Below, piece after piece: positions 10,996 to 18,909 of a stretch of DNA of 64,000 nucleotides. This DNA comes from Rhodobacterales bacterium. GTDB lineage: Bacteria > Pseudomonadota > Alphaproteobacteria > Rhodobacterales > Rhodobacteraceae. The notes beneath the pieces were generated by a model that saw only the letters and a program-made list of their open reading frames with translations, made no database searches and was not told the DNA's origin. Location of the stretch: the NCBI GenBank assembly GCA_038246975.1, contig JBBRVJ010000001.1:3719-67718 (forward strand). Reading direction: 5' to 3'. The translations under genes and the position numbers were made by a program. The stretch's first letter is position 1; each line of letters starts with the position of its first letter.

Positions 10996-11105
10996 TGCCC
11001 AAGCGCCGGTTCCTTTTACAACTGGGCTGGTTCGCCGCTTACTGGCTGGCCAGCATCGTGGCGCTGTCGGTGGTGGCCTATGCCATCCGGCTTGCGATCT
11101 TGTGA
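10995..11105 (+). CDS. 36-aa single-TM protein (DUF2474/CydX-like accessory peptide candidate)
   Basis: The ATG overlaps the cydB stop (TGATG). MPKRRFLLQLGWFAAYWLASIVALSVVAYAIRLAIL has a basic N-terminus plus one hydrophobic helix, a position typical of small bd-oxidase subunits. Confidence 0.55.
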   Translation: MPKRRFLLQLGWFAAYWLASIVALSVVAYAIRLAIL

Positions 11106-11315
11106 GGCGCCCGGACCGATCCGGAACCGCGGATTGAGCGTTTTTCGGTCCGTTGGCTGGACCCTCAGGGCGAAAGCCAACGGGTTCTTCACAATCGCAA
11201 CGATGGGTCATCCGGCCGCAGGTCCCTCGGCGGGCACATCTTCACGCCCATCAAGGCGCAGACAGGCAAACCCCGCAAGAACAGGCGGGCCATGTGTTTG
11301 CAATCGCCAAAAGAC

Positions 11316-11798
11316 CTATGGAAACATCCGCAGCCTCGACACTTCATAGCCGTTGAAGTCCAGAATCTCGCGCGCTGCCACCAACCGATCGGCTGGCAGC
11401 GCGCCGCCCCGGTTCAGGATGAAGCCAAACCGCCCCGAAGGCGTGCCGATCAGCAGCGTCCGTGCGTCGGTGTCGACCCACAGCACCCACCACGGATCGG
11501 GCATCCCCGACACCGCAAAGCGCCCCGGTCCGGTCGGCACCATCGGCCCGCCCACGACCACAGCCTGCCCCGCCAGACAGAGCCGCCCGTCGATCTGCAA
11601 CCGGCCATCGCGTGCCGCAATCGCCACGTCACCACGGCGGCACCCTTCGATCACCGCTAATTCGGCGACCTGCGCCCACTGTCCGACCATCCGGTCCGCC
11701 GTCAGGACCGCACTGGAATAGATCGGCGTCTGCGGGTTGCGAAATCCCGTCACGACTGCCGGATCAGTACAGCCTACCAACAGCAAAAGCGGGATCAT
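11316..11798 (-). CDS. Lipocalin-family outer-membrane lipoprotein (Blc-like)
   Basis: Lipobox MIPLLLLVGC, then a lipocalin-like body (...GQWAQVAE..., WWVLWVDTDARTLLIGTPSGRFGFILNR). The ATG overlaps the stop of the upstream gene (ATGA). Confidence 0.75.
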   Translation of the reverse strand: MIPLLLLVGCTDPAVVTGFRNPQTPIYSSAVLTADRMVGQWAQVAELAVIEGCRRGDVAIAARDGRLQIDGRLCLAGQAVVVGGPMVPTGPGRFAVSGMPDPWWVLWVDTDARTLLIGTPSGRFGFILNRGGALPADRLVAAREILDFNGYEVSRLRMFP

Positions 11799-12304
11799 TC
11801 GATGCACAGCGTCACCCTCTGGCCGTTGTCTTGCAGTACCTCGTTGCACCCGAACATCGGCGATACGGGGGCGCAGGTGCGGGACCGGGCGAGGCATTGG
11901 CCCTCGCAATCGCTTTCGCGGCTGCATTGCTTGCCGCTGTCGCGCAGGGTCTGCACACAGGTCATGGTGCCTGATTGTCCGGCTCGCACCCAGGCACCCC
12001 TGGCTTTTTCACAGGCGATCTGGCCGGGGGATTTCGGGGGCGGCGGTGGGGCGGCTTCGGCTGGTTTCGCGGGTTCGGGGGTCGCGGATTCGGGGGTTGC
12101 GGGTTCTGGGGTCGCGGGTTCGGCGACGGGCTTGGGCGCGGGCGGGGCTGTTTCCGGCATTGCTGTGGCGGGGGCGTCCAGCGACGTCACCGCGATGGCC
12201 CCGACGGTGATCGGGTTGGGTGGCGGCGCGTCGCGGCCCGTCCCCGGCAGGGTCAACTGGCAGGCCGATAGCAGGCAGAAGGTCGCGATCAGGCGCAGGC
12301 GCAT
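11795..12304 (-). CDS. Hypothetical lipoprotein: Pro-rich repeat linker plus 8-Cys C-terminal domain
   Basis: Lipobox MRLRLIATFCLLSAC, an (A/P)TPEP repeat linker, and a C-terminal about 75 aa with 8 Cys. Translationally coupled to the lipocalin gene. Confidence 0.6.
   Translation of the reverse strand: MRLRLIATFCLLSACQLTLPGTGRDAPPPNPITVGAIAVTSLDAPATAMPETAPPAPKPVAEPATPEPATPESATPEPAKPAEAAPPPPPKSPGQIACEKARGAWVRAGQSGTMTCVQTLRDSGKQCSRESDCEGQCLARSRTCAPVSPMFGCNEVLQDNGQRVTLCIE
12071..12122. repeat. 15-bp tandem repeat (~3.5 units) inside the lipoprotein gene
   Basis: gggttcgggggtcgc / ggattcgggggttgc / gggttctggggtcgc / gggttcgg.... It encodes ATPEP-ATPES-ATPEP on the minus strand. Confidence 0.7.
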
Positions 12305-12362
12305 CGGTGTTCCCCCTCACACTCGTCCGCATCTGGACCCGATCCTGCACCGTGGTGCAAGC

Positions 12363-13409
12363 CTAATAGGGCTGCGGATGGGCGCGGTGGGCTCGGTCGA
12401 TCTCGGCCAGAACCTCGGGTGACAAGGTCACGTCGGCGGCCCCGATGTTGACGGCCAACTGATCCGGATTGGTCGCGCCGATGATCGGGATCACCGCAAA
12501 GGGCCGCTGCCGGCAAAAGGCGATCGCCATCTGCGACGGGTCCAACCCGTGACGCGCGGCAATCCCCAGATAGGCGGCGACAGCGGGAAAGACCTGCGGC
12601 GTGATCCGCCCGCCCATCGACGGATTGACCGCACGGCGGGTGCCTTCGGGGATCACATCGCCCGCGTATTTCCCGGTCAGCATCCCCGTCGCCAGCGGCG
12701 AGAAGGCGAGCAGCGGCATGTCCTCGGCAACCGACGCCTCGGCCCAATCGCTGTCGAACTGGCGGCACAACAGCGAATATTCGTTCTGCACCGTCATCAT
12801 GCGCGGCAAGCCATGCGCCTCGGCCAGATGCAGCCAACGCGCTGTGCCCCAGACCGTTTCGTTGGACAGGGCGAGGTGACGGATCTTGCCCTCGGAAATC
12901 AGGTCCTGCGCAGTTTGCAGCACCTCGACCATGTGGGCCTGATCCGCCGCGCGGTCCACTCCGCGCGGGTCATAAGTCCAGATGCCGCGAAAGTGGTAGC
13001 CGGTGCCCCGGTTCGGCCAATGCAACTGATAAAGGTCGATGTAATCGGTTTTCATCCGGGCCAGCGACGCCTCGACCGCCGCGCGCATCACCGCCCCGGT
13101 GATCGGGCGACCGCCCCCGACAGCCGCCTGCCCCCGCCCGGTGACCTTGGTCGCCAGAACCAGCCGATCCCGCCCGCCGCGCGCCGCCAGCCACGACCCG
13201 ACGACCCGTTCGGTATCGCCGATGGTTTCGGCCAGCACCGGGTTGGTCGGATACATCTCGGCGGTGTCCCAGAACGTCAGGCCGTGATCCATCGCCAGAT
13301 CGGCCTGCGCGTGGCCTTCGCTTTCCGTGTTCTGGCTGCCCCAGGTCATGGTGCCAAGGCACAGGGCGGAAACGGTCAGGCCGGTCTGGCCAAGCGGGAC
13401 AAGCTGCAT
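12363..13409 (-). CDS. NADP(H)-dependent aldo/keto reductase (Tas-like)
   Basis: 348 aa, MQLVPLGQTGLTVSALCLGTMTWG...FWDTAEMYP, typical AKR. Confidence 0.9.
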   Translation of the reverse strand: MQLVPLGQTGLTVSALCLGTMTWGSQNTESEGHAQADLAMDHGLTFWDTAEMYPTNPVLAETIGDTERVVGSWLAARGGRDRLVLATKVTGRGQAAVGGGRPITGAVMRAAVEASLARMKTDYIDLYQLHWPNRGTGYHFRGIWTYDPRGVDRAADQAHMVEVLQTAQDLISEGKIRHLALSNETVWGTARWLHLAEAHGLPRMMTVQNEYSLLCRQFDSDWAEASVAEDMPLLAFSPLATGMLTGKYAGDVIPEGTRRAVNPSMGGRITPQVFPAVAAYLGIAARHGLDPSQMAIAFCRQRPFAVIPIIGATNPDQLAVNIGAADVTLSPEVLAEIDRAHRAHPQPY

Positions 13410-13531
13410 CGCGGGTATCCTTTCGGGGTTGGCGGCACCCTAGCGGATGATCGCGCGGCGGCAAGGGGGACGCTACTGGTCACGGGTTGGACCATGCGCT
13501 AAACCGGGCGCACATCGACAAAAGGCGCGCC

Positions 13532-15250
13532 ATGGCACGGATTCTGATCACCTCGGCCATTCCCTATATCAACGGGATCAAGCATCTGGGCAACCTTGTG
13601 GGCAGCCAGTTGCCCGCCGATCTGTATGCCCGCTACATGCGCGCGCGGGGGCACGAGGTGCTTTTCCTGTGCGCCACGGATGAACATGGCACCCCGTCCG
13701 AGCTTGCCGCCGCCAAGGCGGGCAAGCCGGTGGACGTGTATTGCGCCGAAATGCACGCCGTGCAGGCCGGGATTGCGCGCGGGTTCCGCCTGTCGTTCGA
13801 CCATTTCGGGCGGTCGTCCAGCGCGCGCAACCGGGTGCTGACCCAGCATTTCGCGGGCGCTTTGGACGCGGCGGGGCTGATTGCCGAGGTTGTGCAGCAG
13901 CAAGTTTTCTCGATTGCCGACAACCGCTTCCTGCCCGACCGCTATATCACCGGGACCTGTCCGAACTGCGGATACACCGCCGCGCGCGGCGATCAGTGCG
14001 AGAATTGCACCAAGCAGTTGGACCCGACCGACCTGATCAACCCGCGATCCACCATCTCGGGGTCAACCGATCTGGAACTGCGCGACACCAGGCATCTGTT
14101 CCTGCGCCAGCGGGCCTTGCGCGACCGGCTGTCCGCGTGGATCGACAGCAAGACGGAATGGCCGGTCCTGACCACCTCGATTGCCCGGAAATGGCTGAAC
14201 GACGGCGACGGGTTGCAAGACAGGGGCATCACCCGCGATCTGTTCTGGGGTGTGCCGGTCAAAAAAGGCACCGAAGATTGGCCGGGGATGGAGGGCAAGG
14301 TGTTCTACGTCTGGTTCGACGCCCCCATCGAATACATCGCCTGCGCCGCCGAATGGGCCGATGCGACGGGCCAGCCCGATGCCGCGTGGCAACGCTGGTG
14401 GCGCACCGATCTGGGAGCGGATGATGTCCGCTATGTCCAGTTCATGGGAAAGGACAACGTGCCCTTTCATACCCTGTCGTTCCCCGCCACGATCATGGGA
14501 TCGGGCGAGCCGTGGAAGCTGGTCGATTACATCAAGTCGTTCAATTACCTGAATTACGATGGCGGCCAGTTCAGCACTTCTGCCGGGCGCGGCGTGTTCA
14601 TGGATCAGGCGCTGTCGATCCTGCCGTCGGATTACTGGCGCTGGTGGCTGTTGTCGCACGCCCCCGAGAACAGCGATTCCGAGTTTACCTGGGCGAATTT
14701 CCAGACCGATGTGAACAAGGATCTGGCCGATGTGCTGGGCAACCTGGTCAGCCGCGTCACCAAATTCGCCGTTGCCAAGTTTGGCGACACGCTGCCTGCT
14801 GGGGGTGCGTGGGGCGCGCGTGAGATGCGTCTGGTGGCCGATCTGACTGCCGGACTTGCCGCCTATGAGGCAATGATGGATGCGATGGAGGTTCGCAAGG
14901 CCGCCGCCGAATTGCGCGCGCTGTGGGTGCTGGGCAACGAATACCTGCAAGCCGCAGCGCCGTGGACCGTGGTCAAGACCGACCCCGGACAGGCGGCTGC
15001 GATGATCCGGCTGGCGATGAACCTGATCCGCGTGTTCGCCGTGACCTCACAGCCTTTCATCCCAGATGCGGCGGAGGCGATGATGGCGGCGCTGAAAACC
15101 GATGACTGGTCATGGCCCGCCGATATGGCTCAGGCATTGCTGACCCTGCCTGCGGGGCACGGGTTTGCCGTGCCGGAAAACCTGTTCCGCAAGATCACCG
15201 ACGAGGAGAGGGTGGACTGGCAAACCCGGTTTTCGGGTGCGCGCACTTGA
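13532..15250 (+). CDS. metG: Methionine--tRNA ligase (short form without C-terminal appended domain)
   Basis: [21 protein letters not shown] (HIGH-type motif), one Cys4 knuckle CPNCG...CENC, and KFSTS-like QFSTSAGRG. 572 aa. Confidence 0.95.
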   Translation: MARILITSAIPYINGIKHLGNLVGSQLPADLYARYMRARGHEVLFLCATDEHGTPSELAAAKAGKPVDVYCAEMHAVQAGIARGFRLSFDHFGRSSSARNRVLTQHFAGALDAAGLIAEVVQQQVFSIADNRFLPDRYITGTCPNCGYTAARGDQCENCTKQLDPTDLINPRSTISGSTDLELRDTRHLFLRQRALRDRLSAWIDSKTEWPVLTTSIARKWLNDGDGLQDRGITRDLFWGVPVKKGTEDWPGMEGKVFYVWFDAPIEYIACAAEWADATGQPDAAWQRWWRTDLGADDVRYVQFMGKDNVPFHTLSFPATIMGSGEPWKLVDYIKSFNYLNYDGGQFSTSAGRGVFMDQALSILPSDYWRWWLLSHAPENSDSEFTWANFQTDVNKDLADVLGNLVSRVTKFAVAKFGDTLPAGGAWGAREMRLVADLTAGLAAYEAMMDAMEVRKAAAELRALWVLGNEYLQAAAPWTVVKTDPGQAAAMIRLAMNLIRVFAVTSQPFIPDAAEAMMAALKTDDWSWPADMAQALLTLPAGHGFAVPENLFRKITDEERVDWQTRFSGART

Positions 15251-15396
15251 TCTGGCGGAAAAAATTCCTGTCCGGCACTGTGACGCCGCATCATCATATC
15301 GGCGGAAATCGCCGCAGGACGTCATTTGTCACTGGCATGTCATCAAACTCGGATTTACAGCTTTTCTAACGAAGAGTTTCAGCAAAGGCGCAAGCA

Positions 15397-16584
15397 ATGG
15401 CTCCCGACGGACAGATCATCGCCCCCAACTGCTATGATGCGGACCCTATCCCCGATGCGGCGCGGGCCGAAATCGACAGGCTGCTGACCTCGGGCGATCT
15501 GTTCCGCTACACGGCGGCCGAAGGTGCCCCGGTCGCGCTTTTGGAACAGGAATTCGCCGACCTGCTGGGCGCGCGCTATGCGCTGGCGGTGGCGTCGTGT
15601 TCGGCGGCGCTGTTCTTGTCGCTCAAGGCGCTGGACCTGCCACGCGGCGCCCGCGTTCTGATCCCGGCGTTTACCTTTGCCGCCGTGCCGTCTGCGGTGG
15701 TCCATGCCGACTGCGTGCCGGTTCTGGTCGAAGTGGGCGAGAATTACCGCGTCGACATGGAGGATTTCGCGGCCAAGCTGGGCGACGCGCAGGCGGTTCT
15801 GATCAGCCACATGCGTGGTCACACGTCGGACATGGACGCGATCATGGCGCTGTGCAATGCGGCGGATATTCCGGTGATCGAGGATGCGGCGCATTCGCTG
15901 GGCACGACGTGGAACGGGCGCAACATCGGGACCATCGGCAAGGTCGGATGCTTTTCGTTCCAGTCCTACAAGCTGGTGAACGCGGGCGAAGGCGGCATCC
16001 TGATCACCGACGATCCCGAACTTGCGGCCCGCGCGGTCATCATGTCGGGCGCCTACGAGACCAACTGGAAAAAACATCCGGGCATGCAGAACAGCTATAT
16101 GCTGTGGCAAAACAAACTGCCGCTTTACAACATGCGGATGCAGAACCTGTCGGCAGCGGTGATCCGCCCGCAACTGGAGCTGGTGGCCGAGCGGGTCGAA
16201 AAGGGCCGGTTCAACCACGACCATGTGGCCGATCAATTGAACATGTCGGAATGGCTGGACGTTCCGCCCCCGCTGGCCCCCGAATTGCGCGCGCCCGATT
16301 CCATTCAGTTCAATCTGGTCGGCGAATGGACCGATGCCGAGGCGCTGGACTTTCAGGCGCAAGCCAAGCGGCGCGGCGTGACGGTGCAGGTGTTCGGCCT
16401 TTCGGACGGCAACGCGCGGGCCTTCTGGAACTGGCAGTTTCTGGGCGACGCCCCGGAATTGCCGCGCACGCGAGCAATGCTGATGCGGGCCTGTGACGTC
16501 CGCCTGCCGACGCGGTTGTCACGCGACGATCTGGATTACATTGCGACGGCCATTCTGGATGCAGCGGTTTCGGCGAAACTGTAA
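15397..16584 (+). CDS. DegT/DnrJ/EryC1/StrS-family PLP-dependent aminotransferase
   Basis: 395 aa; EQEFADLLGARYALAVASCSAALFLSL..., SFQSYKLVN (PLP-Lys context). Confidence 0.8.
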   Translation: MAPDGQIIAPNCYDADPIPDAARAEIDRLLTSGDLFRYTAAEGAPVALLEQEFADLLGARYALAVASCSAALFLSLKALDLPRGARVLIPAFTFAAVPSAVVHADCVPVLVEVGENYRVDMEDFAAKLGDAQAVLISHMRGHTSDMDAIMALCNAADIPVIEDAAHSLGTTWNGRNIGTIGKVGCFSFQSYKLVNAGEGGILITDDPELAARAVIMSGAYETNWKKHPGMQNSYMLWQNKLPLYNMRMQNLSAAVIRPQLELVAERVEKGRFNHDHVADQLNMSEWLDVPPPLAPELRAPDSIQFNLVGEWTDAEALDFQAQAKRRGVTVQVFGLSDGNARAFWNWQFLGDAPELPRTRAMLMRACDVRLPTRLSRDDLDYIATAILDAAVSAKL

Positions 16585-16604
16585 GCGGCGGTCTGGTGGA
16601 CAAG

Positions 16605-16658
16605 CCGGGGGGTTTCACACCCCCCGGACCCCCCGTGGGATATTTGGGGACAGAAAAT
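16605..16658 (-). repeat. Intergenic repeat element copy 1 (conserved 5' box plus GC hairpin), starting about 10 nt after the LysR-gene stop
   Basis: The minus strand reads CATTTTCTGTCCCCAAATATCCCACGGGGGGTCCGGGGGGtgtgaaaCCCCCCGG, near-identical to 54812..54862 on the plus strand. Confidence 0.6.
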
Positions 16659-16668
16659 GGGGGGCGGG

Positions 16669-17616
16669 TTACAGGACCCTGAGCGCGCCTTCGACCCATG
16701 GCCACGTCTTGACGGCGGGGGACACCACCTGTTCCGCAATCAGGCCGCGCAGGCGGGTGGCCATCTGGCCCGGCACGTCGCGCAGCACACCTGCCCGTGC
16801 CGACAAGGACAACGTGCGGTCCAGCGGGGCAAAGGGCAGCGGCTGCACGTCGATGGCTTTTGCGAACCGGGCAGCATGGTGCAGGGCCAGCGGGGTCAGG
16901 ATCGTCCACCCCGCCCCGCCCGCCACCATCGCCAGGATGGCATGATAACTGTCGAGTTCGAAGCGGTGTTGCAGGCGCAGGTTTTGCCGCGCCAGATGAC
17001 TGGCAATCTGCCGCCCCATCAGATGCCGCGCGGTATATTGGATCAGCGGCAGGTCCAAAGGCTTGGCCCCTTTGGGCACTACGGCGACAAAGGGTTCGGC
17101 CATCAGCGGATGTACCTCGCGCCAGCCGTCATCGGCGCCTTCGGAGCCGAGGTCGGCCGCAACCACGATGTCGAGCGCGCGGGCCTCCAACTGGTCCAGC
17201 AGACGGTGACTGGCCCCGGTTTCCAGCAGGAAACGGCAGCCGCGCAGGTCTTCGGCCAGACCTGACAGCAGGCGGGGCGTCACTTCGGCATCGAAATCCT
17301 CGATCATCCCCAGCCGGAGCGTGGTCAGCGCCGACATGTCGGCCACGGCCAGTTCGGCCCGCGCCTCGGCTTCGGCATTCAGGATCACCTGCGCGTGGCG
17401 GCGGAACATCGCGCCTGCGGGCGTTACGCGCATCGGGCGCGCGCCCCGGTCGAGCAGGCCAGCGCCCAGTGCCGCCTCGATGCCCGCCAGTTGCTGACTG
17501 ATCGCCGAGGGGCTGACGCCAAGGCGGCGGGCGGCTGCGGAGATCGAGCCTTCTTCGGCCACCGCCAGAAAGACCTCGATCCCCCACAGCGTGACCCGGC
17601 CTTGTGGTTCCCCCAT
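16669..17616 (-). CDS. LysR-family transcriptional regulator
   Basis: The N-terminal wHTH (FLAVAEEGSISAAARRLGVSPSAISQQLAGIE) plus a LysR substrate-binding domain length. 315 aa. Confidence 0.9.
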   Translation of the reverse strand: MGEPQGRVTLWGIEVFLAVAEEGSISAAARRLGVSPSAISQQLAGIEAALGAGLLDRGARPMRVTPAGAMFRRHAQVILNAEAEARAELAVADMSALTTLRLGMIEDFDAEVTPRLLSGLAEDLRGCRFLLETGASHRLLDQLEARALDIVVAADLGSEGADDGWREVHPLMAEPFVAVVPKGAKPLDLPLIQYTARHLMGRQIASHLARQNLRLQHRFELDSYHAILAMVAGGAGWTILTPLALHHAARFAKAIDVQPLPFAPLDRTLSLSARAGVLRDVPGQMATRLRGLIAEQVVSPAVKTWPWVEGALRVL

Positions 17617-17625
17617 GCTCCGGCC

Positions 17626-18177
17626 TTACAGTTTTGACAGCTTTCGCTGCATTTCGGCCAGTTGCTTCTTGATATCGGCCAGTTCTTCGGCGGCGGGATC
17701 GGCGGTTTCCTCCTTGGGGGCTGCGGCGGACCAGCCCGGCATCCCCACCATCATGGTTTTCAGAAATGCCTCTTGCTGTTTGCGCATCGCCTCGAACCCC
17801 GGGACGGCGGCCAGCGGGTTCGGGATCGCAGTCAGGTTTTCGACCATCTTGGCCTGACCTTCACGCAGCATGTCAAAACTCGCGGTCAGAAATTGCGGCA
17901 TCACCGCCTGCATGTTGGTGGCATAGGAGCGCACGAGGTCAGTCAGAACCGTGGTAGGCAACACGGTGTGGCCCTTGCTTTCGTGTTCGGCCACGATCTG
18001 CAACAGATACTGCCGCGTCAGGTCATCGCCCGACTTTAGGTCGACGATCTGCACTTCGCGCCCCGACCGGATGAACCCCGCAATATCCTCGATCGTCACA
18101 TAGTCCGAGGTTTCGGTGTTATACAGACGGCGGCTGGCATATCGCTTGATCAGCAGCGGCTTGGCAGTATCGGCCAT
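17626..18177 (-). CDS. phaR: Polyhydroxyalkanoate synthesis repressor PhaR
   Basis: MADTAKPLLIKRYASRRLYNTETSDYVTIEDIAGFIRSGREVQIVDLKSGDDLTRQYLLQI is canonical PhaR. The ATG at 18177 has a GGAGGGG SD. Confidence 0.9.
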   Translation of the reverse strand: MADTAKPLLIKRYASRRLYNTETSDYVTIEDIAGFIRSGREVQIVDLKSGDDLTRQYLLQIVAEHESKGHTVLPTTVLTDLVRSYATNMQAVMPQFLTASFDMLREGQAKMVENLTAIPNPLAAVPGFEAMRKQQEAFLKTMMVGMPGWSAAAPKEETADPAAEELADIKKQLAEMQRKLSKL

Positions 18178-18196
18178 CCCGGCCCCTCCCATCATG

Positions 18197-18207
18197 TTGC
18201 AGCGCAG
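18197..18207. promoter_or_regulatory. Degenerate PhaR-type site TTGC-N3-GCAG just upstream of phaR
   Basis: TTGCagcGCAG, one mismatch to CTGC-N3-GCAG, located 20 nt upstream of the phaR ATG. Confidence 0.3.
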
Positions 18208-18230
18208 AGAAGTCTAGGGCAGGTGCGGCG

Positions 18231-18271
18231 AAAAAGAAAGGGCGGGCAGCAGGTTCACCCTGCGCCCGCCC
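18231..18271 (-). terminator. Rho-independent terminator after phaP
   Basis: The minus strand reads GGGCGGGCGCAGGgtgaaCCTGCTGCCCGCCC followed by TTTCTTTTT, about 35 nt after the phaP stop. Confidence 0.65.
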
Positions 18272-18305
18272 AAAGCCCGTTGAAAAGGCTTTTCAGATTG
18301 TCAGA

Positions 18306-18755
18306 TCACTTGGCAGCGGTCGCGACTTTTTTCGCGGCGGCGGTGACTTCGGTGGTGGCCTTCTGAGCTACGGCGGTGACCTCGGTCGACATGTCCTTGC
18401 CGGCAGCCAGCATCAGTTCCACGGTCTCCATCTGTACTTTTTTCGCCACTTCGGCGAAAGCGGCCATGTTTTCAGCGGCCATCTCGGCAGCAGCCGACGC
18501 AAAGTCGGTGGCGGCTTTGGTGTAGTCAGTCGGTTCGGTCTTGGCTTTGGAGGCGTCGGCCAGTTTGGCGATCGTCTCTTTTGCCCATTTGGTCGAAATC
18601 TCGGTCGACTTTTCCGCAGCGGCCAATGCCACCGAGGTCAGTTTTTCACCGAATGCGGCCTGGGTCTTGAATGCGTTCTGGAACGCGGACGCATCAACCG
18701 GGAACGAGGCCATCATGTCCTGCATCACTTTGGCGAAATCGGGGGTCTTGTTCAT
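18306..18755 (-). CDS. phaP: Phasin (PHA granule-associated protein) PhaP
   Basis: 149-aa Ala/Lys/Glu-rich helical protein MNKTPDFAKVMQDMMASFPVDASAFQNAFK..., with an AGGAG SD, sited between phaC and phaR. Confidence 0.85.
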   Translation of the reverse strand: MNKTPDFAKVMQDMMASFPVDASAFQNAFKTQAAFGEKLTSVALAAAEKSTEISTKWAKETIAKLADASKAKTEPTDYTKAATDFASAAAEMAAENMAAFAEVAKKVQMETVELMLAAGKDMSTEVTAVAQKATTEVTAAAKKVATAAK

Positions 18756-18825
18756 CGGGGTCACTCCTGAGAGAGGGGGGAGCGCGGTTTCTCGGCGCTC
18801 GGTTTCTGTGCTTCTGATATAGATG

Positions 18826-18836
18826 CTGCACCGCAG
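18826..18836. promoter_or_regulatory. PhaR-type operator CTGC-N3-GCAG, site 1, in the phaP promoter region
   Basis: gatgCTGCaccGCAGcatc; the arms extend to an 8-bp perfect inverted repeat. Confidence 0.5.
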
Positions 18837-18852
18837 CATCGCAAGGGTCTTT

Positions 18853-18863
18853 CTGCGGTGCAG
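18853..18863. promoter_or_regulatory. PhaR-type operator CTGC-N3-GCAG, site 2, in the phaP promoter region
   Basis: ttCTGCggtGCAGcat; the same palindrome as site 1, 27 bp (about 2.5 helical turns) away. Confidence 0.5.
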
Positions 18864-18909
18864 CATAACTTCTGGTTGCACCTGCCAGAGCGCGGATCCA
18901 CAAGACAGA

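Noticed and set aside
12071-12122. Short tandem repeats (also 54900..54947) considered as possible CRISPR arrays
   Set aside because: The units are 15-16 bp and directly abutting, with no spacers. One set is in-frame coding sequence and the other duplicates a gene terminus. No cas genes are present.
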